Origin: Styela clava
Lineage: Eukaryota
NCBI RefSeq assembly: GCF_964204865.1
Contig: NC_135254.1
Span: 19,468,001 to 19,532,000 of the forward strand
Length of the DNA stretch: 64,000 bases
Direction: 5' to 3'
Shown here: in pieces, positions 41,790 through 55,900 of the stretch
How the letters are laid out: every line of letters starts with the position of its first letter
How positions within the stretch are numbered: position 1 is the stretch's first letter
Program-made: the position numbers and the translations under genes
Notes under the pieces: generated by a model
Database searches by the model: none
What the model saw: the letters and a program-made list of their open reading frames with translations, nothing else
Told to the model about the DNA's origin: nothing

Positions 41790-44700
41790 ATGACTATATA
41801 TAGGGTTGTTGTTATATTTGTAATAGTATTCATTATAGCCAGACATGCAGATGGTAATACACTGAAATGTACGTCATCATGTTCTAAAAATGGATCTATT
41901 GCTGTGCTTAGTAACAGTCAACAATTGACTTGCTCCATACGAGGTAAGACATGATGAACGATGATTTCAATGTACAATATGTCTTTACCAAAAATAATTC
42001 TGGGCTGAAATGAAAAATGATGAAAACTAGATCCAAATTTTAAATAGCATTGGACCAAAACTAAATTTTGTAAAAATTGCAAATATATTATGAAAAATCT
42101 TTTCAATATTTCCAATACTAATTATATATTACATTTCTTTGTATTCAAAAACAAAACCAGCATTACTTTTAACTAAGTATAAATTTCATGAAATTATATT
42201 GAGCAATCATAAATACAAAAACTTGTTTTGATTGGTTAATTCAACTTGAAAATATAGTGTCATACATTTGCTATCTCTCTGCTATCTGTAATGTCACCAA
42301 TTTGAAATGTATTAAAAAATCATTTGTAATTTGTAGGACAATACTTAACTCCATGGCCAAAAGATGAAGACAAAACAGCACATAAAGCACGCAAGCTTAA
42401 GATTCGGTGGTACATATATCAAGAAGCAAGAATTGCACTGGATATAACATGGTCACAGAAAGGTAATCAACAGGCATGGTAATCAGTGTGGTAACTATTA
42501 GAAAGCGAAACAAATACTTTTATAAACAAGGCTTATTTATATATATACATATATTCATGTTACTATGACACAAAACCCATGGAATTTTCAAAACTTAACG
42601 AGTAGAAAAGCATAAATAAAGACAGCGTTTCTCAACGGGGAAGGGATTCAGTTGTTTTTAGGGAAGAAATACAGAACTATTACCTTGCATTCGATGTAAT
42701 TTTACCAATATTGTTTAGTACCTAATTCAGTATTATTGTGATACATATTTAGGACACATTATAGACTATTCAAACTGTGCAAAAGCCAGAGTGGCTAAAG
42801 CTAAGGATCCTTGCAAAAAAAAAATTGGAATGAATAGTGGAAATATGTGAAGTGAGGGGGGAATAAACAGACCCAGAATAGGCAAATGAAGTAATATATC
42901 AACAAAGGTTAAGAGCCATTGTTTCAAAAAAATATGATTGATTGAGCAATTACAAGATAGAACAATTTGCTTAATCATGATGGCCAATATCAATTTAAAA
43001 ATTAATTCCTATTGCTGTTGCATAATAAAAAACACAATATAGCGATTAAGCTTGATTCTTTATTCTACGTTCAAATAACATACAAAATCCTTTTCTTTGA
43101 TAATGTATAACGAAAGAGTGTTTGGTAATATTTGACAATGATCGCATCGCCAAATTTAATACAACAGACGCCTGTCCTTTGATAAGATGATAAGATATAC
43201 AAGCAACTTGTGTACATTGTGCACTTATGTCAATGTGCAAGTTTTACTCGATTATGTATTTCGAGGCAAGTACTCGTAAATAAAAAACTACTTTCTACCG
43301 ATGTCCCTTAATCAGTCCATTCAAAGATTAACATTACATCACATGGATACTGTAAATCACTAAATCCCATTAAAGTTGTTGAAAAAATACACCATATATT
43401 CTCATATATAAGCCGATCTCACATACAAGCAGACTCCATAAAAACAGCCCTTAAAAAGTGACTTTGTAAGAAATATGCATATAAGCCGACTCTACAAATC
43501 GCTGTATGCACATATCACAACCAGAGATGTTCAATATGAAATAACCGGTAATATTCGAATATCGTTTTTAGTGTTTATAAGCATATTGGGATGTGTATCA
43601 TAGAGCCGCCGTCCAAGCTTTGAATGAAAACATTTTACAATTATTATATTTTATGTTTTGTCATAATCGAAGACAGCCCATTGCGGCATGGCAATTAATT
43701 GCTGTCGACATGAAAGGATTTAAATCAGCACCGATTTGAATGACTTATAACACATCCAGGATGTTTTTGATTGAAAATATTTTACAATTATTATCGTATA
43801 TTTGTAACATAGTCGAGATATCATGTGCAACCACGGCAAAAAATATAAATGCAAATTGTGTGTTAATTATTGTTTCCATCCTCAGTTTCGAAAGTGACTG
43901 AGCATAATGGGAAATTATTGCACTTCTTGCAATGATAATATCGTTCGGTTTGTGGTTTTAATTTATAAAATGTCATTTTGGTTGAGTGCGATCATAGTTA
44001 TGTGCGTACAAGTCGACCCCTTAGTTTGGCAACTTTTTTTGGAGTTTCAAACTCAGATTATATGCAAGAATATACGGTATTTCTGGATAGTTTTTTTTTA
44101 ATAATAGGCATCAAAGTGCAGTGATTGAACAATAAGGCCGAACCCTAAAGCTTTTGCAAGTCACCGAAGTTGGACTTTTCCTTGAAGCCCACAACAATAT
44201 TCTGATGCATTCTCAGATTAATTTATTAAATCCTCCAGTAACGCCACACCAAAATAATTTGTGTCTAATTCATCAAGAATTCATCATTTAAATACCTTAT
44301 GATATATGTTTAAATTATGAATATTATTTCCAGTGTCTGATCTACGAACACAAAATATAGAAGGATATTATCTGACAGTTGGAATGTCCAACTACAAAGT
44401 ACTCCTGAGCTATGAAAATAAAACCCATGGTGAATTTTATAATCATACGAAGGTAGGAAAAAGAAAAATTTTATTTTACTTATGTATATATATTTTTTAT
44501 TATACCTTGCTCAAAGCAGGGCCACAAGCTCATTAAAACATAAAAAAACTCATCTCTGAGCAAAAGTACTGGTAACCAATTAAATGAGATCATATAGATT
44601 TACAATGGTTCTGCATGTGCCAGATATGCATATGGAGGATATGGAACTTGATGCATCACAATCAGAAAATATGATACAGAATTGTTATAGTTATGTGTAC

Positions 44701-47700
44701 CTAGGTTAGTAATAGAGCTTTGTGTGAGATTTTTTTTCTTATTTGTTTACAGACTTTATTATTCATTGTCAGGCTCAAAATATATATTGCCTCTTATTGT
44801 ATTAAGTAAATCATTTCAAAGTTAATTTTCTTACAGAAATATGTTAATTTTGGCTATCAATGCATTGGTATGAGATACTGGTTCATAAGACCTGGAGATT
44901 ATATAGAAGTAAAGCTTCATTCACTACCCATGTATCACACAACAACAAATATGCAAGCACTGAAGAGAAATATCACAATTCCAAGTAAGAGGGGAACATA
45001 GGTTATCAAATAAATAAATTTTTTACAGAATCAATCTTAAAGTATTACTGATAATCCCCTAGAATAAAGCTTTTGCATTGCAACATAGTTGAAAGTTCGA
45101 TGAACGCATAATCCTCCATTTTGTTCATTCATTCATGCAAGGTTAAGTACTCATTTTATTTGTATTTGAAAATAGCAAATAATTTGTTGAAATTTATTAC
45201 AGAATGTATAGAAGATGAAAGACTCGTTAGTGTTAAAAACAAGGAAATTTCAGACAAAGCTTGCAAAGATTTCTGGCGAAGTTTGTGAATTAACTATTTT
45301 ATTACACATGACATGAGAGTAATGCTCTCATATATGGACATGAAGAGTGTTTATCGGTACCGGTACAGTGAGAGTGTTCTCTTTAATCAGAATAAAAATT
45401 TTGGTGATATATTGGGTCCCATAGGACCTGGCGGAAATAAAAAAAAAAACTACCTAATAATCTTCTTTAAAATTCTTCCATCCGACTGAAAATTTGATAT
45501 CGATTGGACCATTGGAAAAAAGTCATTTATTTCAAACAAAAATTCAGAAAAACTATCCATATACTATCCATACATTCTTAGACATGTCCCTACTACATAA
45601 TTCCAAATGCCAACTGATATTAGATTATTGATTTTCAGGTATATGGAACATAAGAAGATCAACAACACCAATGCATTCTACCTTTAGTGTAAATGGTAAT
45701 GAAGCATATTGCAATAGAATATTAATTACAATTAATTACAATTATTAACTTTTTTATTCATAAATGATCATTATATATTAATAATGTTACATTACTGACA
45801 TATCACATTTAGAATATTTCAGATCATTCTACATAGGTGACACCCCAGCCCCCCCCCCCCCCAAAAAAAAATAGATTACTGTAACTTTTGTGTAAAATCC
45901 GACACAAAATTTAAGTGTTACAAAATTTTCTTCATTTTCTCATAGAAGTAATTTAGAACTAAGGTCACCCTGTATGTAGATATCACTATGTTGAATGGAT
46001 TTCATATTTCGGTTGTATGTTTTGATGAAAGTTAGATTATTTAGACATCTATAATTTGTTTTTGTTTTTCATTCACAGCTTCCACCCATAAGCCGGTCAT
46101 TGTACACATGAGAAAACCAGGTAAATTTTCATTGTTTACTGAATTTGTTCTATCAAAAGGGATCACTTTAATATTGTGTTAAAAGATAGCAACAAACTGA
46201 GGCACATTAAACCTGATTTTGGTACTGTAATAAGAAAGTAAGAATCCTTATTATTTCCATGTTAATAGCAGGAACCAATAACTTGCAACTTTATAGCGAT
46301 TTACAATTACTATAGAATTTTAGAGATGACTAAATGATAAGAAGGTATAGTATCCGGAGTTAAAACCCTTGTTAGTGCAGCAATCAATCCAAAGTCTCCA
46401 CTCTCAACCCTATTTCTGGTGTGTGTGGGTAAGCTCAAAATAAATGGCTAATATTTGAGAATTATATAAAAATGTTCTCTGAGATTTCAACATTCATTTA
46501 TTATATAACATCGACTTATTAAAGACAGCAATATATATAGGATGTTTTATGTGAAACATATGGGTACATATGTACAAATAAATAAATCATTCATTTCAGT
46601 TAATATTTTATGTTTCGATCTATATTTCTGTTTACAGATCAAACAATTTACTTCGTGTTAGCATCTGTCATTGGAGCATTTCTCTTCCTGATAATTCTTG
46701 CAAGGATGGTTATACAAGAAAAGAGAAATAAAAATAGAAAACATTCAGGTGGGTTAAGCAAACTGATATTATTCTTAACAAGAGAGCGATAGTGATGATT
46801 AAGAAAGTCAAACCCCAAGAAGCGTTCCCATTGAATTAAGATAAAGAAAGAACAGCAACATTTTTGGTGACATATCAAGTCACATCAGACTGACTTCCGG
46901 AGGCTTCTTCCATCTTTCAGTACTAAAATTTGAAACTGATTGGTCCAGTAGTTGTGATGAAAAGCGATTTTAGCACAACAACAACCCCAAACATCCCAAC
47001 AAGACTAACAACAACAATATTTGATTGTAAACCAATTACGCCCTCTTCCTGTCTGATAATGTTCAATGAACCTTTAACTGTCTATCATATATGATAGAAG
47101 ACAAATATATTATGAACAATGTTGTAACATTGATGTTTCTTGCTAATGGACCATTGATTGAACTGTGGGTGTTCACGAACAAGAATCTCACAGGAGAATA
47201 TTAAATGAAGAGAAAAATTGCTGGATTTATCAAAGTCACATGATGCTCTTAATTGTTAAACTAATTAGTCATTCTCATAAAAAAACTAGTACTGGTACCC
47301 TGGCATAAGGCTGGAGTGAATCATATCATTGATTATTTCATACCCTTTCCCATCCGTTAAAATGTAAAAATGAAAAATTATCCCCTGAGCTTAACATTAA
47401 AATACAAATAGTATTAAAGAAGTAAATATAATAGAATATTACAGTAAATGTTTGCATTACATCCCTACTTATTATTCTACTTTGTTTTCTAATGCTAAAA
47501 GTTCACCTTCCATTACTATTTGGACTAATTTACAAGAATTCAAAGTGGACCAACAGAAATATTCTTATTTCATGTTATTTGCCCAAAATTTTGAGAATGT
47601 CTCATTAATACCACAGTCTCCTTACCAATAAATCTCAAAAATTGTTAATACAGGTGAAAGAAGAATTCTTGTTATAGCAGATAACAGCGACAACAGTAGA

Positions 47701-48180
47701 TTGGATGAAATACATTCAATGATTGCGCGACTGAGGCATGAGTTCAATTTACAAATAGCAAGTAACTGGGAAAACAGAGTAATAATTGGTAAAGATTGGA
47801 TGGATTGGTATCAACAAGCCATGAGCAATTCCAATACTATTCTGTTTATAGTAAGCTATAAAATTTTTTGCGATAGTCTTACTTTGACTAAAACATTGCA
47901 TTCCGGGCAAGAAATCAAACAGGCATTCAATCAAGCACATTCTTGCAAGATACAAGGAAGAGCAGAAGTTATCATTCTTCTTACTGGTAAAGTGAACAGA
48001 ATTCGGATGTTGTTAGCGAGACAAAAAACACATTATGTAGTATACAGCATGCAGAACCACTACAAAGATTTTTTGCTGCATATGACGGGCAAAACAGCAT
48101 CAAAAGACAAAATAAAATATTTGATGAGTGCTATTAAAAACTGTGATCAAAGGAATGAAGAAGCAGACACATTAGTATAA
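41790..48180 (+). CDS. IL-17 receptor-like gene F (short cytoplasmic tail)
   Basis: Exons 41790-41943 (signal), 42337-42461 (PWPKDEDKTA...IALDITWSQK), 44334-44451 (NIEGYYL), 44837-44984 (VNFGYQC...PGDYIEVKLHSLPMY...ITIP), 45203-45280, 45639-45695, 46079-46120, 46638-46748 (TM), 47654-48180 (RRILVIAD...IASNWEN...SNTILFIVS). Confidence 0.85.
43392..44077. mobile_element. pogo/Tigger-like non-autonomous element in gene F intron 2
   Basis: Imperfect TIRs CCATATATTCTCATATATAAGCCGA / TCAGATTATATGCAAGAATATACGG followed by TA; subterminal TATAAGCCGA repeats. Confidence 0.65.
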
Positions 48181-49990
48181 ATATGAGAGCATATTCAATA
48201 TGTAAAAATGTTGAAATCAGCTCATCAAAATCACAAGTTAAGAGGATCAAAAAAGTCAACCAATAATATAGTGAAATATGGAGTAAGATCAAAAAATTTA
48301 AATGGTCCTTCTGTCTATTCACACACCATGCAGCTAGTTTTTACGAGCAAATACCAAACGAGAATGACTAGAAAAGCATGTCTGTCAGTTTTATATTGTC
48401 TATATTTTTCTTTCTTTGTTTACACATTCATATCCTTATAGGACTTTCATTTTTGTGGAATGCGAATGTGATTTTTCCAGTCTCATTAATGTAAGATACA
48501 CAATTGCACTGCCAAGCTTATTATTGACTCAATTTTTATTTATTAATGCAAATGACGTGAACACCATTTTTTATAATTTGTTTCATATCTTTGCATCTTA
48601 CAAACCACCAAGTATTTTTGTATATGAAGAAAGCTACAAAAATTTGAAAAAATTCATTCAATTCGGATCAGCCCCAACTTATTACACTCTGGGTTGATGG
48701 GTATTGGAGGACTTCTTAAGAAAGCAAGGACTAAACCTGAAATCTTTCTTGATGTAAACATAAATAAAATGGAAATTAGAAATGATATATCTTCATTGTC
48801 AATTGATTTGCTTAATATTATGAAGCATTATCTGTAATATGAAACTGCATTAAATATAAATCTAGACATGTCAGCATTGTTGTATAGTGTTTTTTTAAAA
48901 TGGGGAAAAAAGATCCTTGCTGATATTGAATACTACACTGAAAATGGAAAAAAATTTTACTTTTCGATTTAATCCAGACACTAGATTTTATACACCACTA
49001 ACGAATTATAACCCAATTGTCGCCACTCAACAATGAAGGTTTATATGGCCAGGAAGCACTTTTAAGGTGGAACGATTAGTCCAGAACATAACAATCTACC
49101 ATATGCAATAATATCAGTCCAACTGATATATAGTTAGTGTAATTTTCCCCTAATGAGATTCAAATGTCATACACATAAAGGTATACGTTGAATAATATTA
49201 TAAGGTGTTAAAGAATGCAGGAGTGGATGAAGAAATTCTTCAGGCAATGTCCAACAAAAATGTGTCTCCATTCTGCGCATATGAAGAACAATAACAGCAT
49301 TGATACTTAACCTCTGATAGTGGGGTAGCCGAACAAGTAAGTATAAGTGAAAATCATCAATGCAAATACTGTAACACTCCTAGTTGTTAAATTCATTGTA
49401 AAATATAACTTTCAAATTGTAAATTCTTTAATCGATCAAGCAGTATTACTTAATTGAAATATTATAAATACAATTACAAATGAAGGGAAAATTAATCTAT
49501 TGTTTCGTGAAAAATCAAGTCATATTGAAAAAATCAGTTTCTAAAGACAAAAATAGTGTGAAAATGATGTAACAGAATGATAGATATGATTAACCAGGAT
49601 GTTTATATGAACACTGGCAAGTGTTAGGATAAGCAAGTTTCCGAAACCATCATAAATAATATGATGACCTATTTTGAAGTAGTGTCAATGATGATACCTT
49701 CTCAGATTACACCACCGAATCGAAAAATGTAATAAGTTTGTTTATTGTATGCATAAAATTAATGTGAAATAAATCTGTAACCTGTTTCTACTGGTTACAA
49801 ATACAGCAGTCATGGGGTTGTTATGAAAACGGATTTTGAAGTAGTGAAACCATACAGCAATACACACATAAACAAAGAGAATGTATATTTGAAATTTCGG
49901 TCGAGAGGAACATCACACATATATATACAGCATGCACAATAGGATCGTTATCGTTCTTTAGTGGAGCAGTCATTCAGACGACGCAAGAAA

Positions 49991-52900
49991 ATGAAGGAAA
50001 TCTCATTATGTGTCGTCCTTGCTATATCTGCACTGACAGAGAATGTCCATGCCAGGAAACACTCAGTCAGATGTTTGGATGAGATTGATTCTGAAGACAT
50101 GCAACCAAACATAACGGATGGAGGTTTGCCTTGCACCGCAGAACTATGTGAGTACAAGTTATTATTTACTGCAGAAAAATACTGTACAAGATCCAAACTA
50201 AGTTTAGAATCATCCCACAAAATATACCTACTCAAAATATAATTAAATCAAGTCTCAGGTATTTTAAATCCAGTTTCGTTCTAATTGTCATTTGATATAA
50301 AATAGGTGCAAGAAAAATTTGTGATAACAGATTGAAATTTTTGATGTGTGACAAAAAAATATCTGAAAACTAAATTAAATATTTATTGGAACAACGATAC
50401 GAGTATAAAATAATAAAGATTATTGATAATAAAGATGAAAGTAACAACAATTATGTATCAGTAACAGTTCGTTTGAACAAATTACTGTGGGTTCTATGAG
50501 TTTCTTTTTTGCGTACGATGATGTCATCAAAAACTGCACACCTTGTGGCGGTTCCGCTTTCGCTTTAGTCGTGAAAATTGCTGTACTGGTAGTCTACTGT
50601 GACAGATTGCATACTACTACTTTGTTCTGGCCTTCTGCCTAGGGTGTTCGAGCACTGAATTTTTGTTCGAGTACCGCAGCATTTTTGACTAGAATTTTTT
50701 TGTCGACTACCAACTTTTAAGAGTAACGAGTCGTTCGACTACTGAGGTATCACAGTATATTCTTTGGATGTTTTTATACGAGAATTGGGTCATGGTAACA
50801 ATAAGTACATTTAACATTGTGCATTGCAAGCTATTGAAAATGTAACAAAATTGTTCATGTAAGCCTGATGTCAATAATTGCATTACATTTTATGTGGGCT
50901 ACAAAGAACTGTTTTTAAACATTGAAAAATGTTAATACTTTTTACCTAATGTAGTCACAAAAATGGCTTATAAATCTCAAAGTATGCTATATATCTAAGT
51001 AGTGTGGTTTCTGTATGGCGAAAAATAAATCACGGATTCCTGAATCATTTTTTTGTTTTTTCGTACACATTTTATTCTTCTTTTATTCGAATAACATATG
51101 TAAAGATTTTGTGAGCTTGACAGTTGTCTAATATGACCTTCAATATGTTGTATAAATCTTTTTTTTATCGCTAGCTGAGGATTTGTTTGAGGGTTATTAC
51201 AAATTCAATCTATTTTTAAGTGACCAATTTTAAAAGAATAGAATTATAAGATTCATCTTACCGATTTAAAGTGAAACAGATGTTTTGTTTTACCAATGCC
51301 AAATTTGTTGCGCAAAATGACTATTTCCAATCAAAATTTGTCACTTTCTGTAAATGTCCTCTTCCCCCTATTGTTTCTTTCAAAAAGGTTTTCATAAAAT
51401 TCACTTGTTTCACTATCAAGTGATTGTTTCACTACAGCATGAACATATTTTTGACTTCATCCTATCATCTCCATATTTTGAGGGGAAGACATTACCACTG
51501 TGATTACGCAATCCAATAGACAAATTCCAATGCACAGTATATACGTCACATTTGAGAATTTACGTAACCTTTCCACAGACGAAATATATTCTCTCACGTA
51601 CCAAATTTCACTTTCGTCTAAAAACAAGCAATCTCTTCCTATTTATCCCAAAATATTTGTTTGAATGTATTATTGTCGGATCCAATCTCGAAATTCATAT
51701 TTTCACACATTTCGGTTTCACAAAAATTGAGGAAATCTGATATTTTCTGTTTAGGGTGTCCACCTCAATGGAATAGAACACAGAAAATTCCACCGAAGCC
51801 ACGATTACATAAGCTTCGTTATTACACCTATAAAATTAATGGTAAAAATCAGCGCAATATTGGCCTGAGAATCAAATGGTCAAATACAGGTAAGAAACAA
51901 ATTCCTCACTATCAACTATTCTAATAATTACTAGAGTTCGACTGTTGATAATAATGCATTTACAAAACTATTTTGAAGAGCAGAATTCCTCTATTACCCA
52001 TGGTAAATAGAGACCCATTTCCTATATTGCTTAATTTTTCTTATATTACATTTTGTACTCTTTCCACTGGAAGCAAGGCTTTGTTCAAGAATCCACTGCT
52101 AGGTAGGAAAATACTTTAGTTTGAAAGGACTGCAGGCGCTCCGGAAGTATTTGTACCAAGATGACGTACAACCTGAACAACTCTAACATGGTAAGCATAC
52201 TATGTTCAGGTTGTGCACCATCCTGGTACAAATACTTTTGAGAGCACCAGGACTGCATCTGCCAGTTTCCGCATTGCCTACACAATTTATTGCACCACGG
52301 ACAAGGTGGTGGGCGTGAGCATCAAACCCACTCTCTATAAAATGGCGAAAAACTTATTTTTTTCATTTTCGGTAGCTGCCCCTTACTGTCCCAAAATGAA
52401 TTTAATTCTAATATATTTCAACTGATTGCATACATATGATTGGTGTGGTAGGAACTTACAGTCCTTCTAATTTGGTATTTATAAATATCCATCTTGTGAA
52501 GGTTTGTTTAGGACCAAGGGCAGCGTGGTATATGGTCACTCAAAAGGAGCCATAAATTTCTAATTATTCCTACAAAAATGAAGGAAATTTATTCAGCACT
52601 TGTGTTTGTGTATGGCTGTACCCAAATGTTTCAGTAATCTAGGACGCTTTGCAAAAAGTCAGGCCCTCTCCTTTTTGTTAGATCATTGTGAACAGCTATT
52701 TTATTTACAAGAGAAAGAGAGAGAGAAAAACATGTTTTAACATTTTGCAGCATCGCATTATCAAAATTACATCAAAGGATATTCTTTGGCAATGTTTAGC
52801 ATTAATATGATGTATGACTTTCGAATATGCTTCAAGACTACAAATGTGAAAAGCCAAATGGAAAGTAATGAGGTATGGTAAAGGATAGTGCATTTTGATA

Positions 52901-55900
52901 GATTATTTTATTTGATAGAAATAGGTTTGTTATATAAATGGCTTAGCAGTGTTTAATCACTTTCATTATTTTTTTTAACTCTGGTCAATAGAAGTGAGAC
53001 CTTACTATCTCTAAAAAGATGTAAACTTGATATTTTCATCATCATAGTTTATTGTTGTTAAAATATTCAAGAAACAATGAAAGCCACAATACTATAAAAA
53101 GACTTCACAAATCACGAGAAAAATTTATTATGCATTTTTGAATGTTGATCTGCTAATTACAAGAATTAACGCTAGCAGAGACTTAATGTCAAACTCATGA
53201 AATTGTTACATACATGGTAATGTATGAGATACATCTCACACTAACAATATCATGTTTTCAAGAAAGATTAAATCAACATCTCTATTTTATTACAATATTC
53301 TAATACATTATGAAGAGTAGTAATATGACATTCCAAGATTCTTGACATTACAATTAAGATTGAGTAATTTGCAACGTAATTTCAAATTTTCAAAGCACTC
53401 CTGTGTGCAGAAATCAGTGCAATGTTAAGTAAGTTTTTAATTCAATGTATCATAAAAGTAATAAAATTTGAGATAGGATAGGAATTCCATATCCATCCGA
53501 GTGGAGAGGAAAGTCGATTATTTGGCTTAATCATATGAAAAACCATGGCTTTTCGTTTGGTTACCAGTCTAAGTCAAGTGTGGGAATAGCAAACAAATTA
53601 TTTATTCGAGATTGATGTTACGTAAACCGCCTACGATGGTGAGAAATCCAACAATGCTCTGTAATTATTCTCCACAGGATTCCAACTTGCGAACCCATGC
53701 AGGGTGATCAGAGATGCGATGGCAATCTTATTGCCTCTCGCTTAGCACGATGCGTCAATTGCTCTTAATGTAGCTTCGCATCAACTGTTACATATCTTCA
53801 CCTGCTAAGTTTTACCTCATTTCTATAACTATAAGATTGGAAATTGTTGATCATTTTGATATCTTGAATCTTGAAATTCCCAACAACAAAATGAAACCAA
53901 CATCTGAATGAAACTTGTTGTTTTTATGTTTTAGATTGAATTTTTATACTGGTACAAATGTAAGGATGAAGGGTGTGTTCAAATTCTACCAGGAAAGACA
54001 TATTTTCTTGAGTTAGCTCCAAATCCTATGAGTGTATATAAAGAAAATGAGGACGGGATGCATGGCAGACGAAAAATCACCATACCAGGTATGTTAATTA
54101 TATTATCAAACAACCTTCAAACATGCCTTTCACTCTGAACAAGGTGCTATGCAAGCGGCCAATGATATCTAAAGTTATGTTTGGAGCTACTATCATTTAG
54201 GATCGGAATCTTTCATATTTGGGGTTAGGTGGAGGGACCAGAGGGATTTGTGCCAGAGATGTGTAACCTGCAATGTCAACACAGTTACGATAAGTCTAAT
54301 GCTTTAACTACTAGGCCATCGAGCCTTTCTTATAAATATATCTTGAAAGAACCCCATACGTTTTGACCAAATAAAAGTTTGATTTTTTAACCAAAGCATA
54401 TTCCATTGAAATAATACACAAAGATTTATTATTTATCAATTTAGGTTGTGATAATGAAAGAATAAGAAAATATCAAGGATGTCCTGGCAATGGTGAGTAT
54501 TGTATTTCGCAATTTTAAATTTCCGACGACATCAAGCAAAAGATAAGATAAATTGCATTCTTTATCAAGGTGCTTTTGAACGGTAGAAAAAACATTAGAA
54601 ACTCAAAACATTTCTCAAACACATAAGTGCATATTATTGATCTATTATTGGATTTAGACATCAGTTAAGATAGGATGGCAATAGACAAAGCGTGTAAAGC
54701 TATATATTCCAACTATTCAAAGTTGTTCATCAAACAGAGGCAGTGAGAATTGAGTACTAAACGATAACACCCAAACCATTTTTTTACGAAAGTCTAATGA
54801 TAGGAATAAATTTTAAATAATCCTTGACTTTTATTTATATCCTACGATCCCACAGAAAAAAACAGAAGGAAAAAGGCTAGACAGAACAATATTGAAATGG
54901 CCTCTGATGAAAGCACAATTTTGACAGCTGTGCTAGATCCAGGTACAAATGATCTTGTTATGTTTCGAAACCATGCTACCATGCAAATTTCAGTTTTATC
55001 GCTAGACCTGGCTTCTAATCTGCTTTTCGATTCATCTTACATATGAGAAGAGTTGAATGAGAAGTTCTTTAAATCTCTCTGCGACAGGGAGAAGTACAGC
55101 AATTATTTTACATACAACCCACCCATTTGAAAATGTGAATCTTATTCATTTGTCCAGCCAATTGTACAATTCGTACAGCTTTAATGCCCTATGAAGTGTC
55201 GATTACCTTGGTACAATGATTCATTTTTTTTACCAATTAATAAATTATATATAAATTCTAGAGACAATATATTCAGGAGATGGCGAAGAAGATACTTTCA
55301 GTTATACAACCACAAAAAAAAAGCACAAAGGTGACCTAAATATAAAAATTTTATATTTCTGAAGCAGTTTCATACCCCATACAACCTCCGGAGGAGGAAT
55401 GAGGTCAAGTGTAAACCGAATTTTCATTAAGTACTATATGGTATTAGGAAAAAAACTCAATTTCAAATTGGTCATAATATTTTATTTACAATATTGCACA
55501 TTAATAACAAAATATTGTACATATTATGCATAAGTATATTGTATAGGAAAAATTGGTGTAGTGTTGGGCTTATGAAAAAAAGTACACGATATGATAATCT
55601 CTGATTAATGAGAACTGACCTAAGAAACCATTGCAGATTTGGCAAAATGTCAGATAATGAGGAAGTTTACAGTACTTTTGTAAGTATTGTCAAGTGTAAA
55701 GAAATTTCAGTAACCATGCTTCAGAAAGCCTTTTTTTGCTTCAAGTATCTCCTAAATAGAAATCTGCCAAACAGAAACTTTTTTCAGTAATTATTATTGC
55801 TAAAAATTTTAGCTGCATAACTAAAGAATGAAAATCACTAATGATAAGTATACAATAATATAAATACGGTAATTAGATTTTCATCAATATAAAAAACAAT

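Noticed and set aside
52085-52192. Candidate exon 3 of gene G (KDCRRSGSICTKMTY) that would imply a pseudogene
   Set aside because: It is one arm of an inverted repeat; a clean in-phase exon with the family motif exists at 52751-52872.
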